A stretch of DNA of 64,000 nucleotides from Carcharhinus amblyrhynchos. Lineage: Eukaryota. The notes beneath the pieces were generated by a model, which was given only the letters and a program-made list of their open reading frames with translations, ran no database searches and was not told where the DNA came from. The translations under genes and the position numbers were made by a program. Below are positions 24,690 to 38,123 of this stretch, piece by piece. Numbering within the stretch: position 1 is the stretch's first letter; every line of letters starts with the position of its first letter. The stretch spans positions 51,646,001 to 51,710,000 of the forward strand of contig OZ336884.1 in the NCBI GenBank assembly GCA_965287045.1, in the 5' to 3' direction.

Positions 24690-25439
24690 ATTTCATTTTC
24701 TCTCTGTTCCTTTCACTCTGGATTTAATGTAAAATGGTTGCCATCACATCCAGTTAGAAATAAGAAAATATTCAGTGCGATGGATGGAATTTCGTATACA
24801 TTTCAAATAAATGTATTTCCCTTTGCGCACATAAAGGAATTGAATTGAATATTTTAATGGGAGTATATGCACCAGAGCACTTTCTTGGTATTTCTGCAAA
24901 TATCTTCTAAGCAAAAAATTTGTGCAATGCCACAGCATCAGTTTGAGCCAAAATGTGTTGCAGAATTTCTTGCAGCCTAGAAGAAATTTCTGATTAGATA
25001 GCAAGCTTGGTGTATCTAATTTACAGCATCTTCCATGAAGTGACAATACAAAGAAATACTGAGCATGACATTGACTCTGAACCTTAGTACCAACCTAGCT
25101 TTATTAAAATAATGACTCTAGTAATAGGTAGAAAAATATAAAATAAAAACGGAAATGCTTGATACTCTCAGTAGGTCAGGCAGCACCTGTAGTCAAAGGA
25201 AAAAGGCAGGCAAAATGTTACATGTCTATAAATCTTCCTTTCAGGCCGACAACTCTTCATAATAACTAAAAGATATAACGGATGGATATGTGTAAGGAGG
25301 AACTGAGCTTGGAAGAAAGCAACAGAAACAAAATGACCCATTAGGATCATTCAGCTCCTGACCTAGTTTTAATCTTTGTTCAAATGTGGACAAAACAGTT
25401 GAACTCCAGAGGCTCGGCAAACAGTGTTTGACCAAATGT

Positions 25440-26420
25440 GGTATCAGGAAGCCCGAGCAATAATAGAGTCAATGGGAATCGGGGGGGGGGGCGGGGGGGT
25501 GGTGTGTGGTGGTTAACTGGTTGGAGTCCTGCCTGGCACAAAGGAAGATGGTTGTGATGGTTGGAGGTCAGTTATCTCACTTCTAGACCATCACTGCCAG
25601 AGCTTCTGTGTGTATTGTTCTAGTTCTTCAGCTACTTCATCAATGGCACTCCTGCCATCATAAGGTCTGAAGTGGGGATGTTTGCTCATGATTACACAAA
25701 GTTCTGCACCATCTGTGATTCCTCAGATACTAAAACACTCCATGTTTAAATGCAGCAACACTTGGACAATATCCAGGCTTGGGCTGACAAGTGGTAAGTA
25801 ACATTCATGCCACACAAGTGCTAGGAAATGACCATCTCCAGTAGGAGAGAGCTTACCATTACAGTTTAACAGTCAATGGCATTACCATCACTGAATCCCT
25901 CACTATCAACTTCCCAGGGCATTACCATTGACCAGAAACTAAACTTGATTAGCCATATAAATACTGTGGCTACAAGAGCATATCGGAAGCTAGGAATCCT
26001 GCGGTGAATAATTCACTTCCTGACTCCCCAAAGCCTGCCCACCATCGGCAGGGCACAGATCAAGGGTGTGATGGAATACTCTCCCTTTGCTAGGATGAAT
26101 ACAGCTCCAACAACACTGAAGCAATGTGACATCATTCAAGACAAAACAACCTGCTTGACTGGCACCTCATATTCACAGGATATTGCCAACTGGAAATTCC
26201 CTTCCAGCCACTCACCATCCTGACTTGGAACTATATTGCTGCTCCTTGTCACTGCGTCTAAATCCTGGGACTCCATAAGTAACAGCAGTGTGGGTGTGCC
26301 TACACCACATGGACTTCAGTGTTTCAAGAACGTTGGTCACTGCCACATTTTCAAGAGCAATTTGTGATGGGCAACCAATTCTGGTCTAGCCAATAAAGCC
26401 TACATCCTGTAAATGAGTTA
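25440..26420 (+). mobile_element. Old CR1/L2-superclade LINE 3' part
   Basis: Decayed RT motif (atgtttgctcatgat, FADD-like); shares long segments with 12540-12709, 15450-15679 and 44905-45575. Confidence 0.75.
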
Positions 26421-29124
26421 AAAAATCCCATTTCTGTGCCTTTCCCAAATATCTTTAATTTTTTGACAAATATTTATATTCACTTCAGAAGTTATTTATA
26501 GATTATGCTTCTATAACTTGTCTGTAGTGTTCCACATACTCACAACATTAATGTAAAAAAAACTCCCTCCCTTACAATAATTTATGTTCTCCACTGAACA
26601 ACTCACTAATTCGTGGAAATACCCTCTTTCTATTCAAATTACCAAAATCCCTCATTCTTGTGAACAGTTCCAGTAGATCGCCTCTTAAACTTTTCTTTTC
26701 CAACACAAAAACACCTCCAGTTATTTTGGTTTGTTTCCATAACCAAGGCAATGCAACGCAAGTTCATACAATATTGCCTTGTCTACGAGTCTTAACCTGA
26801 ATTGGAAAGGCACTCCTGTCCCCACTGCACATAGCTTTCTTTAAGACCTCTTTAATGTTCTTGTTTTCCCTAACTCAGACCTGCCTGTATGAGCATAGCT
26901 CAGTCATGCTTTGGTTTTATTGGCAAGATGGAGTGGGCTAGTTTTCTCTGACATTAAAAGCAGCATTGATTATGTCTAGGCATATACCAACTGCATCATG
27001 TCTCATTTGAACGGAGTGACATTCTCAGCTCTGGAAGGGCCGTGACATAGAATTAAATGGTATAGCACAGAAACAGGCCGTTTGATCCTATCAGTCCAAG
27101 CATTTATGTTCCATCTGAAGCTTTTTCCAATCTTCCTGACGTAGCACCAGCAGCATAGCCCTCTAATCATTACTCCTTCATATACTTGTCTAGCTTCCCC
27201 TTAAATGCTTCTATACAATTTACCACAACACTCCCTGTGGAAACAAGTTCCGCATTCTTACTATTCTCTGGGTAAGAACTTTCTTCTGAATACCTGAATC
27301 TGCATTTGATTTCTTCGTGATTATCATACAACAACAGCCTCTACTTTGTCCTTTCCCACAATCGTCTATTCTATAAAAACTTCCATAATTTTAAAGTTCT
27401 CCAATAGGTCATCTTTCAGTCTTTCAAAAGAAGTGAGATCCAAGCTGTTTGTACTTTTGCAATTATACTTCTTTTCATTCTCTTCAGTGTCTCTATATTC
27501 TTTTGAAAGTAGCATGTCAGGTATTTATTATTATAACCCGAGGTATTGTCATCAACTTTTGTAAATAAACAGCTGCAAAGCAGCTCATAGGTACACTGTG
27601 TGCTGTGACAACATGATTTAATCAGTTCCACTGACATTGTTCTGGCTCCAGTTACTAGACTAATACAATGGTAGGATGGAGTGAAGCCATGAAGGAATGA
27701 GTAATGACAGAGGTATACTGGATGGGGAGTTATGGAGATGGTGACAGTAGGTGTGATAGGTGGATAATACCCTTCTGGGCAATTAAAAGGTAGGGTGTCC
27801 AATACAGAATTCTGCACGAGTTGAAATGTGGAACTCGGAATGCATTTGTGAAGAACATTGGGGAAATGAAGCCTCTGGTCATAGTTTCAGTGGCACTGAT
27901 TGTACAACAGCAATGTATTTGATAAATTAATATATGAGAGCAAAAAAGTGGTAATTTTGAATTTTATTGATCATTGGGTTTAATGTTCATCCCAAAGTCA
28001 AATAGGATAATGAGATTGTACATGATTGGTTTGGTGACCAGGGGAAGGGGGATGGAATTAGCAGGGGCTGAAAAGTGGCTTCTGGCATGAATGAATCAGG
28101 CCTCTGTAGTCTAGCCAGTCAGATGGTCAGTCAACCAGCATAGCAATAATCATGGAGTGCTAGTGGTTGTGATGGAAGATAAAGCTATGTATCACCAGCA
28201 CAGTTAATGTTGAAGCTATCCATATTTTGTCCCCAGAGACCGAAGAAGAATAAGAGGGACAGAGATGACTACAAAGATTCCGACAGAGAATCAAATCACT
28301 ACACTTTAAAGTTATTCAATGCATGTGGAGAGCGACGAGACATTTCTAAGGAGCAATGGTAGGATATTATGAAAAAACAAGCCTTTCTTTATATGTTGAT
28401 TGCCAACCAATGATCCCAGAAGGGTTTTGGGTGAGAAAATCGCTGATCTTCGCTTTTATGCTCCCATGATAAAGCACCCTGTTGATATTCACTTTCAAAG
28501 ACCTCAGGTAACTGCTCTAAAGTGTACTGAAACAAGGCTAACAGCAGTGGAACTGTACCCCACTGAAAGGGAAGAATAAGGGGCTAGGTTTGGAAGGGAA
28601 AAACTAAATCACTTTTAACGTCAGTCTTTAACACCATACATTAATTTCTCAGATCATTTTTACCACATCCCTTTTGTTATTAATGCCTTTTTGTTGCACC
28701 ATTACCAACATTTTCTTTGGTATTTTTACACAAAATGTCTTCAAAGTTACTATAGACATGTTTTATCCGTATGGATAGGTTTCAACAGAACATTAAATGA
28801 TCATCAAACCACAGGACCTTAACAGTCATATTGCTATTGCAGCGCAGGCTCCATGTGTGCATAAAAATGCAGAAAATTCACCCAGGAGCTATTTAATCGC
28901 TATAAGAGATCTTCATTCGTAGTCATTGAGGGCTCAAATCTGACAATCATAGAGGTATTTCACTAACCCAGAAAAAAAGTTTGCATGTGTATGGAAATCT
29001 ATATATACACATATGTATAATATTATATATGTATCAGATTTCTGTTGGCACATGTAGGAGAATTATTACCTTTTCAACTCCCCTTTGCTGATCGAAATAG
29101 AAAATCAGATACATTATTTTGCTA

Positions 29125-30435
29125 TGTAAGGAAGGTAAGAAAGAGAAAACGTAGAATTATCAACCAGTTAACCTGACAACCACAGTTGGGAAAATAGTAA
29201 AATCTATAATTAAGGATAGGGTGACTGAGCACCTTGAAGATTTTCCACTGTAATGAGTACGCCTGGCAAACGTGATTGCATTTTTTAAAGAAGTGATGAA
29301 AGTGGTGGACAAAGGAATGACAATGGATGTTATTCATATAGTCTGCGAGAAGCGAAAGTCCCTCACAGGTTGTTAGCTGAAGTTGAAACTCATGGAACTG
29401 AAGGCAAATCATTGACCTGGTTTGGAAATCAGCTGAGCAGCAGCAAAGGAGAGTAGGAATAATTGGCAGAACGTGACCTGTGGCATCACATAGGAATGCG
29501 TGTTGTGCCTCAGCTACTCAATGCATTTATTTACTATTCAGATTATTGCATAAAGAGTTACATATCCAAGTTTACCTTTAATACAAAAATTGATGGCATT
29601 GTGAAGAATGTTGACGGAAGCATGAAATTACAAAGAGAGATGAATAGATGGAGTGAATGGGTGAAACTGTCAAATAAATTTTAATGTGGTGAGGCCACCC
29701 ACTTTGAACTTAAAAAGCATGTGTCTGAGTATTTTCTAAATGGTGAAAAGCTAGAAATAGTGGAGATCCAGAGAGACTTGGGGGTTGGCGGCGGCGGCAG
29801 CGGGGGGCGGGGGGGGGGGGTGGTCCATGTATGCACATGGTTAAAAAATGCAGAAAACAATCAAAAAAACTGATGGAACACTGAGCTGTGTAACTTAGAG
29901 CAATAGAATACAAGAGAGATATTATGCTACAGCTAATCAAAGCCACACAATGGAGTGCTGCATTCAGTTCTGGGCACCATACCTCAGGAAAGATATATTG
30001 ATCTTGGAGGAAATGCATTGTAATTTTACCAAAATGACTACAAGGATTAAATGATGAATAAAGGTCACACAAATTATGTTTGTATTTCTTGCAATTTAGA
30101 AAGTGAAGTGGTGATTTGATCAAAGTTTTCAATAAGTTAAGAGGAACTGATAGGGTAGGTAGCAAGAACCAAGTTCTGCTGGCTGAGAAGTCTAGGATAA
30201 GGAGACGTAGTCTAAAAGTTGCAGTCAGGCATTTCAGAAATGAGTGACATTAGGAAAAACTGCAAATGTTTGGAGCTCCTTTCCAAAATGGCACTTGATG
30301 AGTTTGAGATTGATATATTTTTCTTAACCAAATGTTTTAAAGGATGTATAGTAAAGATGGTGCACACAGATATGCCACAGATCTCACTGAACAGCAGAAT
30401 AGCCTCAAGGGCTAAATGGTTGACTTCTGTTAGTT
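29125..30435 (+). mobile_element. Heavily decayed CR1 RT-to-3' fragment
   Basis: Remnants of KF..DTKI.GIV, LECCIQFWAPYLRKDI and GDLIKVF; 3' agggctaaatgg. Confidence 0.75.
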
Positions 30436-30589
30436 ACTGCAACAAAATGGAAAGATCTAGTATACTGTTGAAGCACTGTAACATTTACTGCAGGCTTCCG
30501 GTGAATATGTCAAACACCTTCTGCCACTTCTTGTCTGTGGTCTAAAACATAGTAAACGCAAGTTACACTTTTCCTCTTATTAAAAAGTA

Positions 30590-30608
30590 TTACGCCCTCA
30601 GGTGGCCA
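30590..30608 (-). promoter_or_regulatory. Candidate CTCF site
   Basis: TGGCCACCTGAGGGCGTAA versus consensus TGGCCACCAGGGGGCGCTA (15/19); unique sequence with retained CpGs nearby. Confidence 0.5.
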
Positions 30609-30757
30609 ACAGAGCATGTTACATGTATGATTTACTTGGAGCAGGAATTGTATCCAACCTCTAAAATGGGAACATAAGCTGCTGGACCGCTTGGAAACTT
30701 GCACGCGACTCTTTAAAAGGAAGTTCACATTGCAGACTTCTTCAAACTGAAGGACTG

Positions 30758-31080
30758 ACACTATCTACACTTCCCGCTGCCTCAGAAAAACAGCCAGCAT
30801 AATTAATAACCCCATGCACCCTGGCCATACTCAGTTCCACTTTCTTCCGTTGGGAAAAAGATACAAAAGTCTGAGGACACGTACCAACTGACTCAAGAAC
30901 TGCTTCTTCCCTGCTGCCATCAGACTTTTGAATGGATCTACCTCATATTAGGCCTTTACACCCTAGCTATGACTGTAACACTACATTCTCCACTTTCTAT
31001 GCTTTGTCGGTATTGTGCACAAGAAACAGTATTTTTCAGTGTCTACCAATACATGTGACAATAATAAATCAAATCAAATA
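30758..31080 (+). mobile_element. LINE 3' end, Rex1/Babar-like
   Basis: cttccgttgggaaaaagatacaaaagtctg...actcaagaactgcttcttccctgctgccatcagac...aataaatcaaatcaaa. Confidence 0.65.
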
Positions 31081-33631
31081 AACAGGATGTATTAATTTTA
31101 TTATACGTTTTAACAAAATTTTGATTATCCTTATGTAGAAGCATGGACACCATTGGTGTTCTTGCTGAGAGCAGCAGGGCAGGATTGAATCTGGGAGGAA
31201 ATCACAAATAACAAGTGGAAAGGAGTCCAAAAACCTTGGGAGTGTGCTGTTCGTATGAGAGGCAGTTGGAACAAATCTTGGTGCAAAAAAAAATGAAAAG
31301 TAAATCTCCTAAGTATTTCTGAGTTATTTCCAGGCTCTTTAAGCTCACAAACTCTAATAATTCGACTTTGATCAGCTGCTGTACCTCAATTATCCTAGTT
31401 TAATATGCTAAGCATGAAAGGCTCAAAAAATGCAGGGGGCTCAGAGAAAGAATTTTAAAGGTGTAGAAGCTGCAAAGAACAACATGCACCTATTTCACTG
31501 CTAAAAGTACAATCTTCCATAGTTCCTGTGTGTCATAAATACATCTAACTGATCAAGGAAATTCACTCCCTTTATGCCCAAATTGCTGTCAGCTCTCTTG
31601 CTAGTTAGAAACTGATTTATACTAGAGTTGAAGAGTCTTCAGCAAACAAGAGTTGCAAGTGAGAACAGATGGTTATACATTGCGTGTGAGACAGAGAGGG
31701 AAACAGTAGAAAAAAATGCAAAGTGTCCACAGCAACTTGGAGAAAATAGTAGGGGCCAGAGATATAAGGACTGGCATAGTCTGCAACTTGATAAAAAGAT
31801 GCATAGGTACAATGGAAAATTTAGTGGCACAGATAATTGGCCATAAAAAGAGATGAAAAGTAGCAAAAAATGTCTAATCAACAGCTAATATGTCAGATTC
31901 TTCAGTAAAAGTCAACTCCTACTGAGTGCCTAAAGATTTAGAAGCGTGGCATCCTTTCATTGTTTGCATCTACCAATATAGAAAAGTAGAAATTGGAATA
32001 AACCAGATACAGAATCCAACACAAGAACTGGAGTTCTGAACTAAATAGGTTTGGTCGGCTTAGTTCAGTGTCCAGCTGATAGGAGCCCACGGGACAAAAA
32101 GGAAATAATTGGGCAAGATTGGCTTTAAATCAACAATCACATAAAGAATAGTTGACATGGGAACTGGAAACGTCATACTTTTACGGCAGTATATCCTTAG
32201 CCTTTCTAAAGTTGGGGTGAAGGTAAGAGCAAAGAGTTTTCATCTGCTTCTGGCCATGGTACATACAGCAGCCAGAATACCTGATGCTGACATTTGACAA
32301 TAAAAGTGGATAAATTTCTCACTCTCACGTTCAACATTTCTCAATTTGATGGACACAAGAAGTTTTGTGTCTCTTACAAAAATATTCAACCCACCCCTCC
32401 ATGGGAAAGCTACTTTCAATGAGAAGACAAAATGTGTCTTGAAATTATGTTGACTCAAATTCATATGTAAACCCTTAACACTTTCCAGTTGATTTTACCT
32501 GTAGTTGTCTGAAGAGGCATTAACCACTTTATTGCAAATGGCTTAATGTTCAGTTAAAACACAGGAATTTTACATGGAAACCATACACTATTATTGCACA
32601 ATATTAATTGTTTTGATTCCTGCCTGAATGTAATAAAAATGGTCAATAGTTACACCAACATGAATATGTTTGATAAGTTATTACCCGAGATTTATCTTGT
32701 TATTGTCAAATTTGACTAGGGATATTTGAGGTTCTGCTGTATCTTTGAATTGCAATGTGAGCAAAATAGACATATATTTGCTAGAATTTTACCACCCTGC
32801 ACCCCCTTCCCCGCCGGAATTGGTGTGGGCGAGGCTCCCAGAACAGAATTTTCCATTGGCCTCAGCCACTATTTTATGAGCCTCACCCGAGTGAGGTTGT
32901 AAAATAGCACCCATTGAGTGAAGAATAAGGTCACACATTTGCATCACAATTGAATGGCTGCCAACAATGCTGACATATAACGAGCTGCTTGTGGCTTATG
33001 AAACAAGAAACAAAAATACACATTGCTTCCAAAAAGGATATCATATATTCTCCTTCCCATGCCATCCTACTAATACAATGTACCTTTACTTCCTACATAG
33101 ACACTGATTTCCAATTTCAAATGGAACATTTATCAGTTCAAAATATTCAAATATGACCCCAAGTGACTGGCAGACCTTCAAGAATAGTTCATGATCCTGG
33201 TTATGATCTAGAAAAGCACAGGATTGGACTCAGCAATAATGTCTTGCCATTGCCAAGTAAACCTGCTGATGTGTGAATCAGAGTTACTTGGGTGAGCCAA
33301 CCAGCTCCACCACAATCATACCCTGCATGATTAAAGGATTTTAGACAGGGAAAGGAGCAGGGAAAAGAGACTAATGAAGAGAATGAATTGCACCAAAACG
33401 ACTGAAAGGTTTTCCTTCTTTCTTTGAAAGAAAAAGCAGCAAAAGGGGTGATTAGGGTGTGAGGCACACAAACAGGAGTGAACAGAGCTCCAGCCAAATA
33501 CTCTGCAAGCTCATACGGATACAGTTAAGAAATAAAGCAAGTCTTGAAACAATAACTTGTCTGAAACAGCTGGGCAAAAATAGCCTGAAGGAAGAGTGCT
33601 GAGGTAACACTGTGAGCTCCAGTTTCACAGA

Positions 33632-33650
33632 CAGCTCCCTCTGGCGATGA
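33632..33650 (-). promoter_or_regulatory. Candidate CTCF site
   Basis: TCATCGCCAGAGGGAGCTG, with core CGCCAGAGGGAGC; same orientation as the 30590 site. Confidence 0.45.
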
Positions 33651-34494
33651 GGTGAGCACATTGTAACAGCATCTTCAAGCCATTTTCATTAGGAAATATG
33701 TGGCAACACCTTTACAGCGAGGGTACCATATTTAAAGCAATTCCTGTTTTTCTTTTTAGTGCTCTACTTCTTTGATAAAGATCTTAGTTTTATTATCCTA
33801 TCTAACTGCATTCTTTGCTTCAGAATTTGGCAAGCCACGTTTTTGGACAAGCCCCAAAGACACAATTTATTCTACTATATAGGTCCGAGAAATGCAATGT
33901 CCAGTCACAAATTGCAATTTTGCATTCTTCGCATATAAGGACAAGGTTAAATACTAATTTGTTGCTGCTGTACCACCATCAAACTATCAATGAAGTGGAT
34001 TTTCAATTAGTTACATCACCGGACAGATAGAGTATGGTCTTGGGGGACAAAAAAAAATCAGGATTCTATTTGTCATATGCACAATGTAAGAGAGATAAGA
34101 TAATCTTAAGAGCAAAGATTTTCTGGTAATGGGGATTTGGCTGTAGAGATGTCTGTCGTTTATGCTCTCTGATCAACAGTAAATAATTGGGAGAATTTTC
34201 AGAAATATTGTTGTTGTTCTGGATTGACTCCATACTCCATGTACTGATAGATTTTACACTACGTCAGGTTTGAGCCCATCTACTTTGCTGCACTATCAAA
34301 ACATTTAGCTTTGTTTCACTCTGATGACGTATTATGTGCCATTTTCTAAATTAGGAATGAAAGTACATACAAAGCAAAGGATTGGAGGGTTTGTACGTGT
34401 TTCAACTTTTGTGCCAAGTATGCTGCTATGGGACCATGTCAAAAAACAGGCATCTGCTGAGTGAGCCTATTTAGCAAAGAGATAAACATAGAAA

Positions 34495-35920
34495 CCAACA
34501 AGAACACTTGGCACTTTTTATAGTCCCTTAAACATGGTAAAATGTTCCAAGGTGTTTTATCGGAACATTATCAGTTAAACCCTGAGACAAAACAATGCAA
34601 GGACTGGTGATCAAAAGGTTAGCTAAAACGGTAGCATAAAGGAGAAGAAAAAGGTGGAGAAGTGGAAAGGTTAATGGGGAAACTCCAAAGTTTAGAGTCC
34701 AGACAGTTGCAGGCACGGTCAATGCGTGGCAAAGGGCATTACAGATGCACATAAGGCCACAACTGGAGGATCATGGGCCTGAATTTTCAGAATGGTGAGT
34801 GCTCTGCACTGACCTCAACAGGCCCACTGTCATTTCACACTCAACTGAGCATTGATTGGGCAACAGGGAGGACTTCTGGAAGGAATCCCATCCATGCAAT
34901 TTTCCACTCTCAGAACCCACCTGGGGGAGTGTAAAACTCTGGTTATAGAGTTTGTGAAGGGTTATATAGCTGGAAGAAGTTGCAGAGATAGGATGGGTTG
35001 AAGCAACAAAAGCATGTGAACGCCAGAGTGAAAATTGTAAATCTGAGGGATTGCTGGACCAGATGCTAAATCAGTGACCGCATGGATAATGTGTGAATAG
35101 GTGTTGGTACAGGTTGGTACTTTGGACAGCAGAGTTTTAAATGAATTTAACATTATCAAAGATTCAAGGTGAGAGGATGGCCAGGATATGATTGGATTGG
35201 AATACCAACAATTGGAGCTAACAAAACCATGAATGAGAGTTCAGCAACAGATAATCAGAGATATGTGCAGAGACAGATGATATTACTGAGGTGGAAGTAC
35301 ATGGTGACTTTTGAACACTCTGCATCAGTAGGCAGTGGAAGTGGAGCCATTGAATATTTTTAAGGTGGATGTAGATGGTTTCTCTTTAGGCAAGGGAATC
35401 AAAAGTTAGAGGATAGATGGGAATGTGGAATTCACAACAAAAACACATCAGATTTGAACTTATTAAATGGCTGAGCAGGCTTGGGAGAGCTTACCTCAGC
35501 TCTTAATTCGTAATTTGTACGTTTGTGTGAAGCGGTGATTCATAAGAACATAATGAAACAAAGTATGATACTGAATTACAGAAGGAAATCTGATGACCAA
35601 AGGCTTGGTCAAAAGACGAAGTTTATAAGGAGCGTTTAAAGGAGGAAAATGTGGCAGTTCGTAGGGAGGGAATCCCAGACCTTGGGGCCTCAACATCTAA
35701 ATTCATGACCATCAATGGGTGAGCAGTTATAATTGGGAAAGTTCAAGAGGCCAGAATTAGACAAGTGCAGATATCTTGAAGGGTTGTAGATCTAGAGGAG
35801 TTTACAGCAATTGGGAGGGACAGCACCACAGAGGGATTTGAAAACTAGGAGGAGAATTTTAACATAAAGACATTGCTTGATAAGAAGCCAATGCAGGTCT
35901 GAGTGTTCCAAGGAGTAGAT
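34495..35920 (-). mobile_element. Decayed L2-like 3' fragments (two) with small nested pieces
   Basis: Repeated ctgatgaccaaaggcttggtcaaa / ctggtgatcaaaaggttagctaaa segments; ORF track HWLLIKQCLYVKILLLVFKSL resembles the L2 LHWLP..RI.FKILLL.FK motif. Confidence 0.65.
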
Positions 35921-35999
35921 GAAATGGCTTCTCCTCTCAAGCCTTTCTGCACCAAGGATGATAACTACGGCAAGCCTATTGCCAAACTGCACAAAGGCA

Positions 36000-38123
36000 C
36001 TTCTCGAAATATTACCTATTTCATAAGAAAAAGCATCCCGCATACATTATCATTTGCAAGTCAGGCACATGTATAGACTACAATAACATTCATTACCCAT
36101 GTACAGGAAACTAGTTATTCAAGTCCGACACACTTCTGTCTATCTCTACACATATGTTGCACACATACATTCAGGTCTTTTCCTGTTACATGTGCATGTT
36201 GTTATTGGTCATTTGTCTCGTGCCCACTCGTTCCTGAGATGATGTTGTCCACTCGGGGAATTTTGCTGCCATGGTGAGTGTTGCTGTGGATCCATTATAT
36301 TTGTTGGAGAATAGTTGACCTCTGGGAGTGATGGTCATTCAATTCTTTGTACGGTTGGTGAACTCTTATTTTCATCAAATCTTCTGTGAAGGAGCAGTTT
36401 CTCCAGTTGCATGTATGTATCTGTGGTTACAATACATCTCTTCGCTCATTTTCAGTGCGTATGGTCGAGGTTACAATTTCTCCACACAGGTCCCAAGTTA
36501 CCAAGTGAGCTGAGTTTTTTTTGAGCATGTTGAATGTTTGCATTCTGACCAACTTTCCAATTTTCAGCTCTGGCAATAATTTGGTAGCTTCATCAAAATG
36601 AAATGTTGCTTTCTGTTGTTTCACTTTGACTTCATCACTCATTCCAGTTACTAATTGTGGCTTCAGTAGTGTTTTAACCATTGAAAGAGTAGTCTTCATA
36701 ACATTAATCACTGAACTGGACTACTTTCCATGCCCTCAGTTGATGTGTTTTTCCACTCTAGGATTGCCTTGTAAACATTAAAGCTGGGTTAAGTTAATAT
36801 TTTAATAATCCCTTTGGCAATTGTCACTGCCACCTCAGACTTTCCATTTGACTGGGGATAGTGTGGAGATGATGTGTAAAATTTCCCAATCAGATATGAA
36901 GTGTTTGAATTCTTCACTCAAGTATTGAGGGCTATGATCCATCACCACAATGTCAGGAATGCCATTTCAACTGAAATGTGCTTTTTCAAGCATTCTACAA
37001 TCTTACTGATAATCATTGATGTCAGCTCGTCTGATTCCTAGTCGCCTGAATAGTAGTCAATGGTGATGAGATAGTCACTTCCAAAGAGAGTGGAAAAATC
37101 TACTCCAAGCTTCATCCATGGTCTGGGATGTCATGCATCATTAGCGGTTCTTTAGCTTGCTTAGCTGAATGTTCATTTCAGGCACTGCATTAACTGATGT
37201 GGATCTTGACCCCATTGTTCATGTTTGGCCAGGATAGCATTTCTCTTGTATTTTTCAGACTCGAATCGATTCCTTGATGGCTTGTACAGATGCAATTCAA
37301 CATAATTTTTCTTATCTCTTGAGAGACAATGGCTCTAGTTTCTTTGTACAAGATGCCATCTTGAGCAATCACTTAATCCCACTTATACCCAATACTCTCT
37401 CATAACAATAGATGTGTCCCTGCTGGTTTCAGACCATTCTTTCATTATTATTTTCTGCAGCACATGATGAGATGCATCTTGTCGTATAATCTGCTTGATC
37501 TGAGCAAGATGATTGTTTGCCAGACTGAATGTCACTGCCGGGCTGAGGACTTCTAGTATATGTTGTACTGTTGCTTCTTGCTAAATCTGGTAGAGTTCAC
37601 ACTCTGTACTAGCGTCATCAAGTTTCTACAAAGTGGATGCAGCTCTTGACAGGTGTACATCTGCTTCCCCTGCTTGTACTTCACATCCACATGTTATCTC
37701 TGCAAATTAAGTAACATCCTGTGCTGACACTTTGGAGCAGAAAGAAAAGATTTGAAAAAGATTCTTAAGTCATACTCCCAGAGATTAGTAGACCACCCAC
37801 AATCATGTCCACTCCAGGAAGCCCATTGACCATCTCTTGCTGTCAGCATTAATACTCTTCCAGAGCAGCAGAAATGCCAAACAGCATGCACAACCATCTG
37901 TACCTCCCAAATAGTGCTCAAAACATAGTCAGAAAACTACTGTTTCATTCAACTTCACTTGCCAAAACCCATCCTTTGCACCTTGAAGGGTCTTTGTCTT
38001 GGCAAGTAGTGACAAAATTTCTTCAATAGTTGGCATGTGGTAGTGAGACTTCTTCAAAGCTGTATTCAATTTTTTTGGATCTAAGCATGATGTGAGCTCT
38101 CCAGGTTTTTCACTGCTACCATG
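36000..38123 (-). mobile_element. Ty3/Gypsy LTR retrotransposon remnant (RNase H tail plus integrase), pseudogenised
   Basis: Minus-strand motifs RMLLNLQR, HQGIDSSLKNTREMLSWPNM, PRPWMKLGVDF..DYLITIDYYS, GIPDIVVMDHSPQY and TSSPHYPQSNGKSEVAV; PBS-like TGGTAGCAGTG at 38121-38111. Confidence 0.85.

Noticed and set aside
31639-31881. Hydrophobic 80-aa minus-strand ORF as a nested micropeptide
   Set aside because: Non-ATG start; the hydrophobicity follows from a T-rich strand; no family motif.
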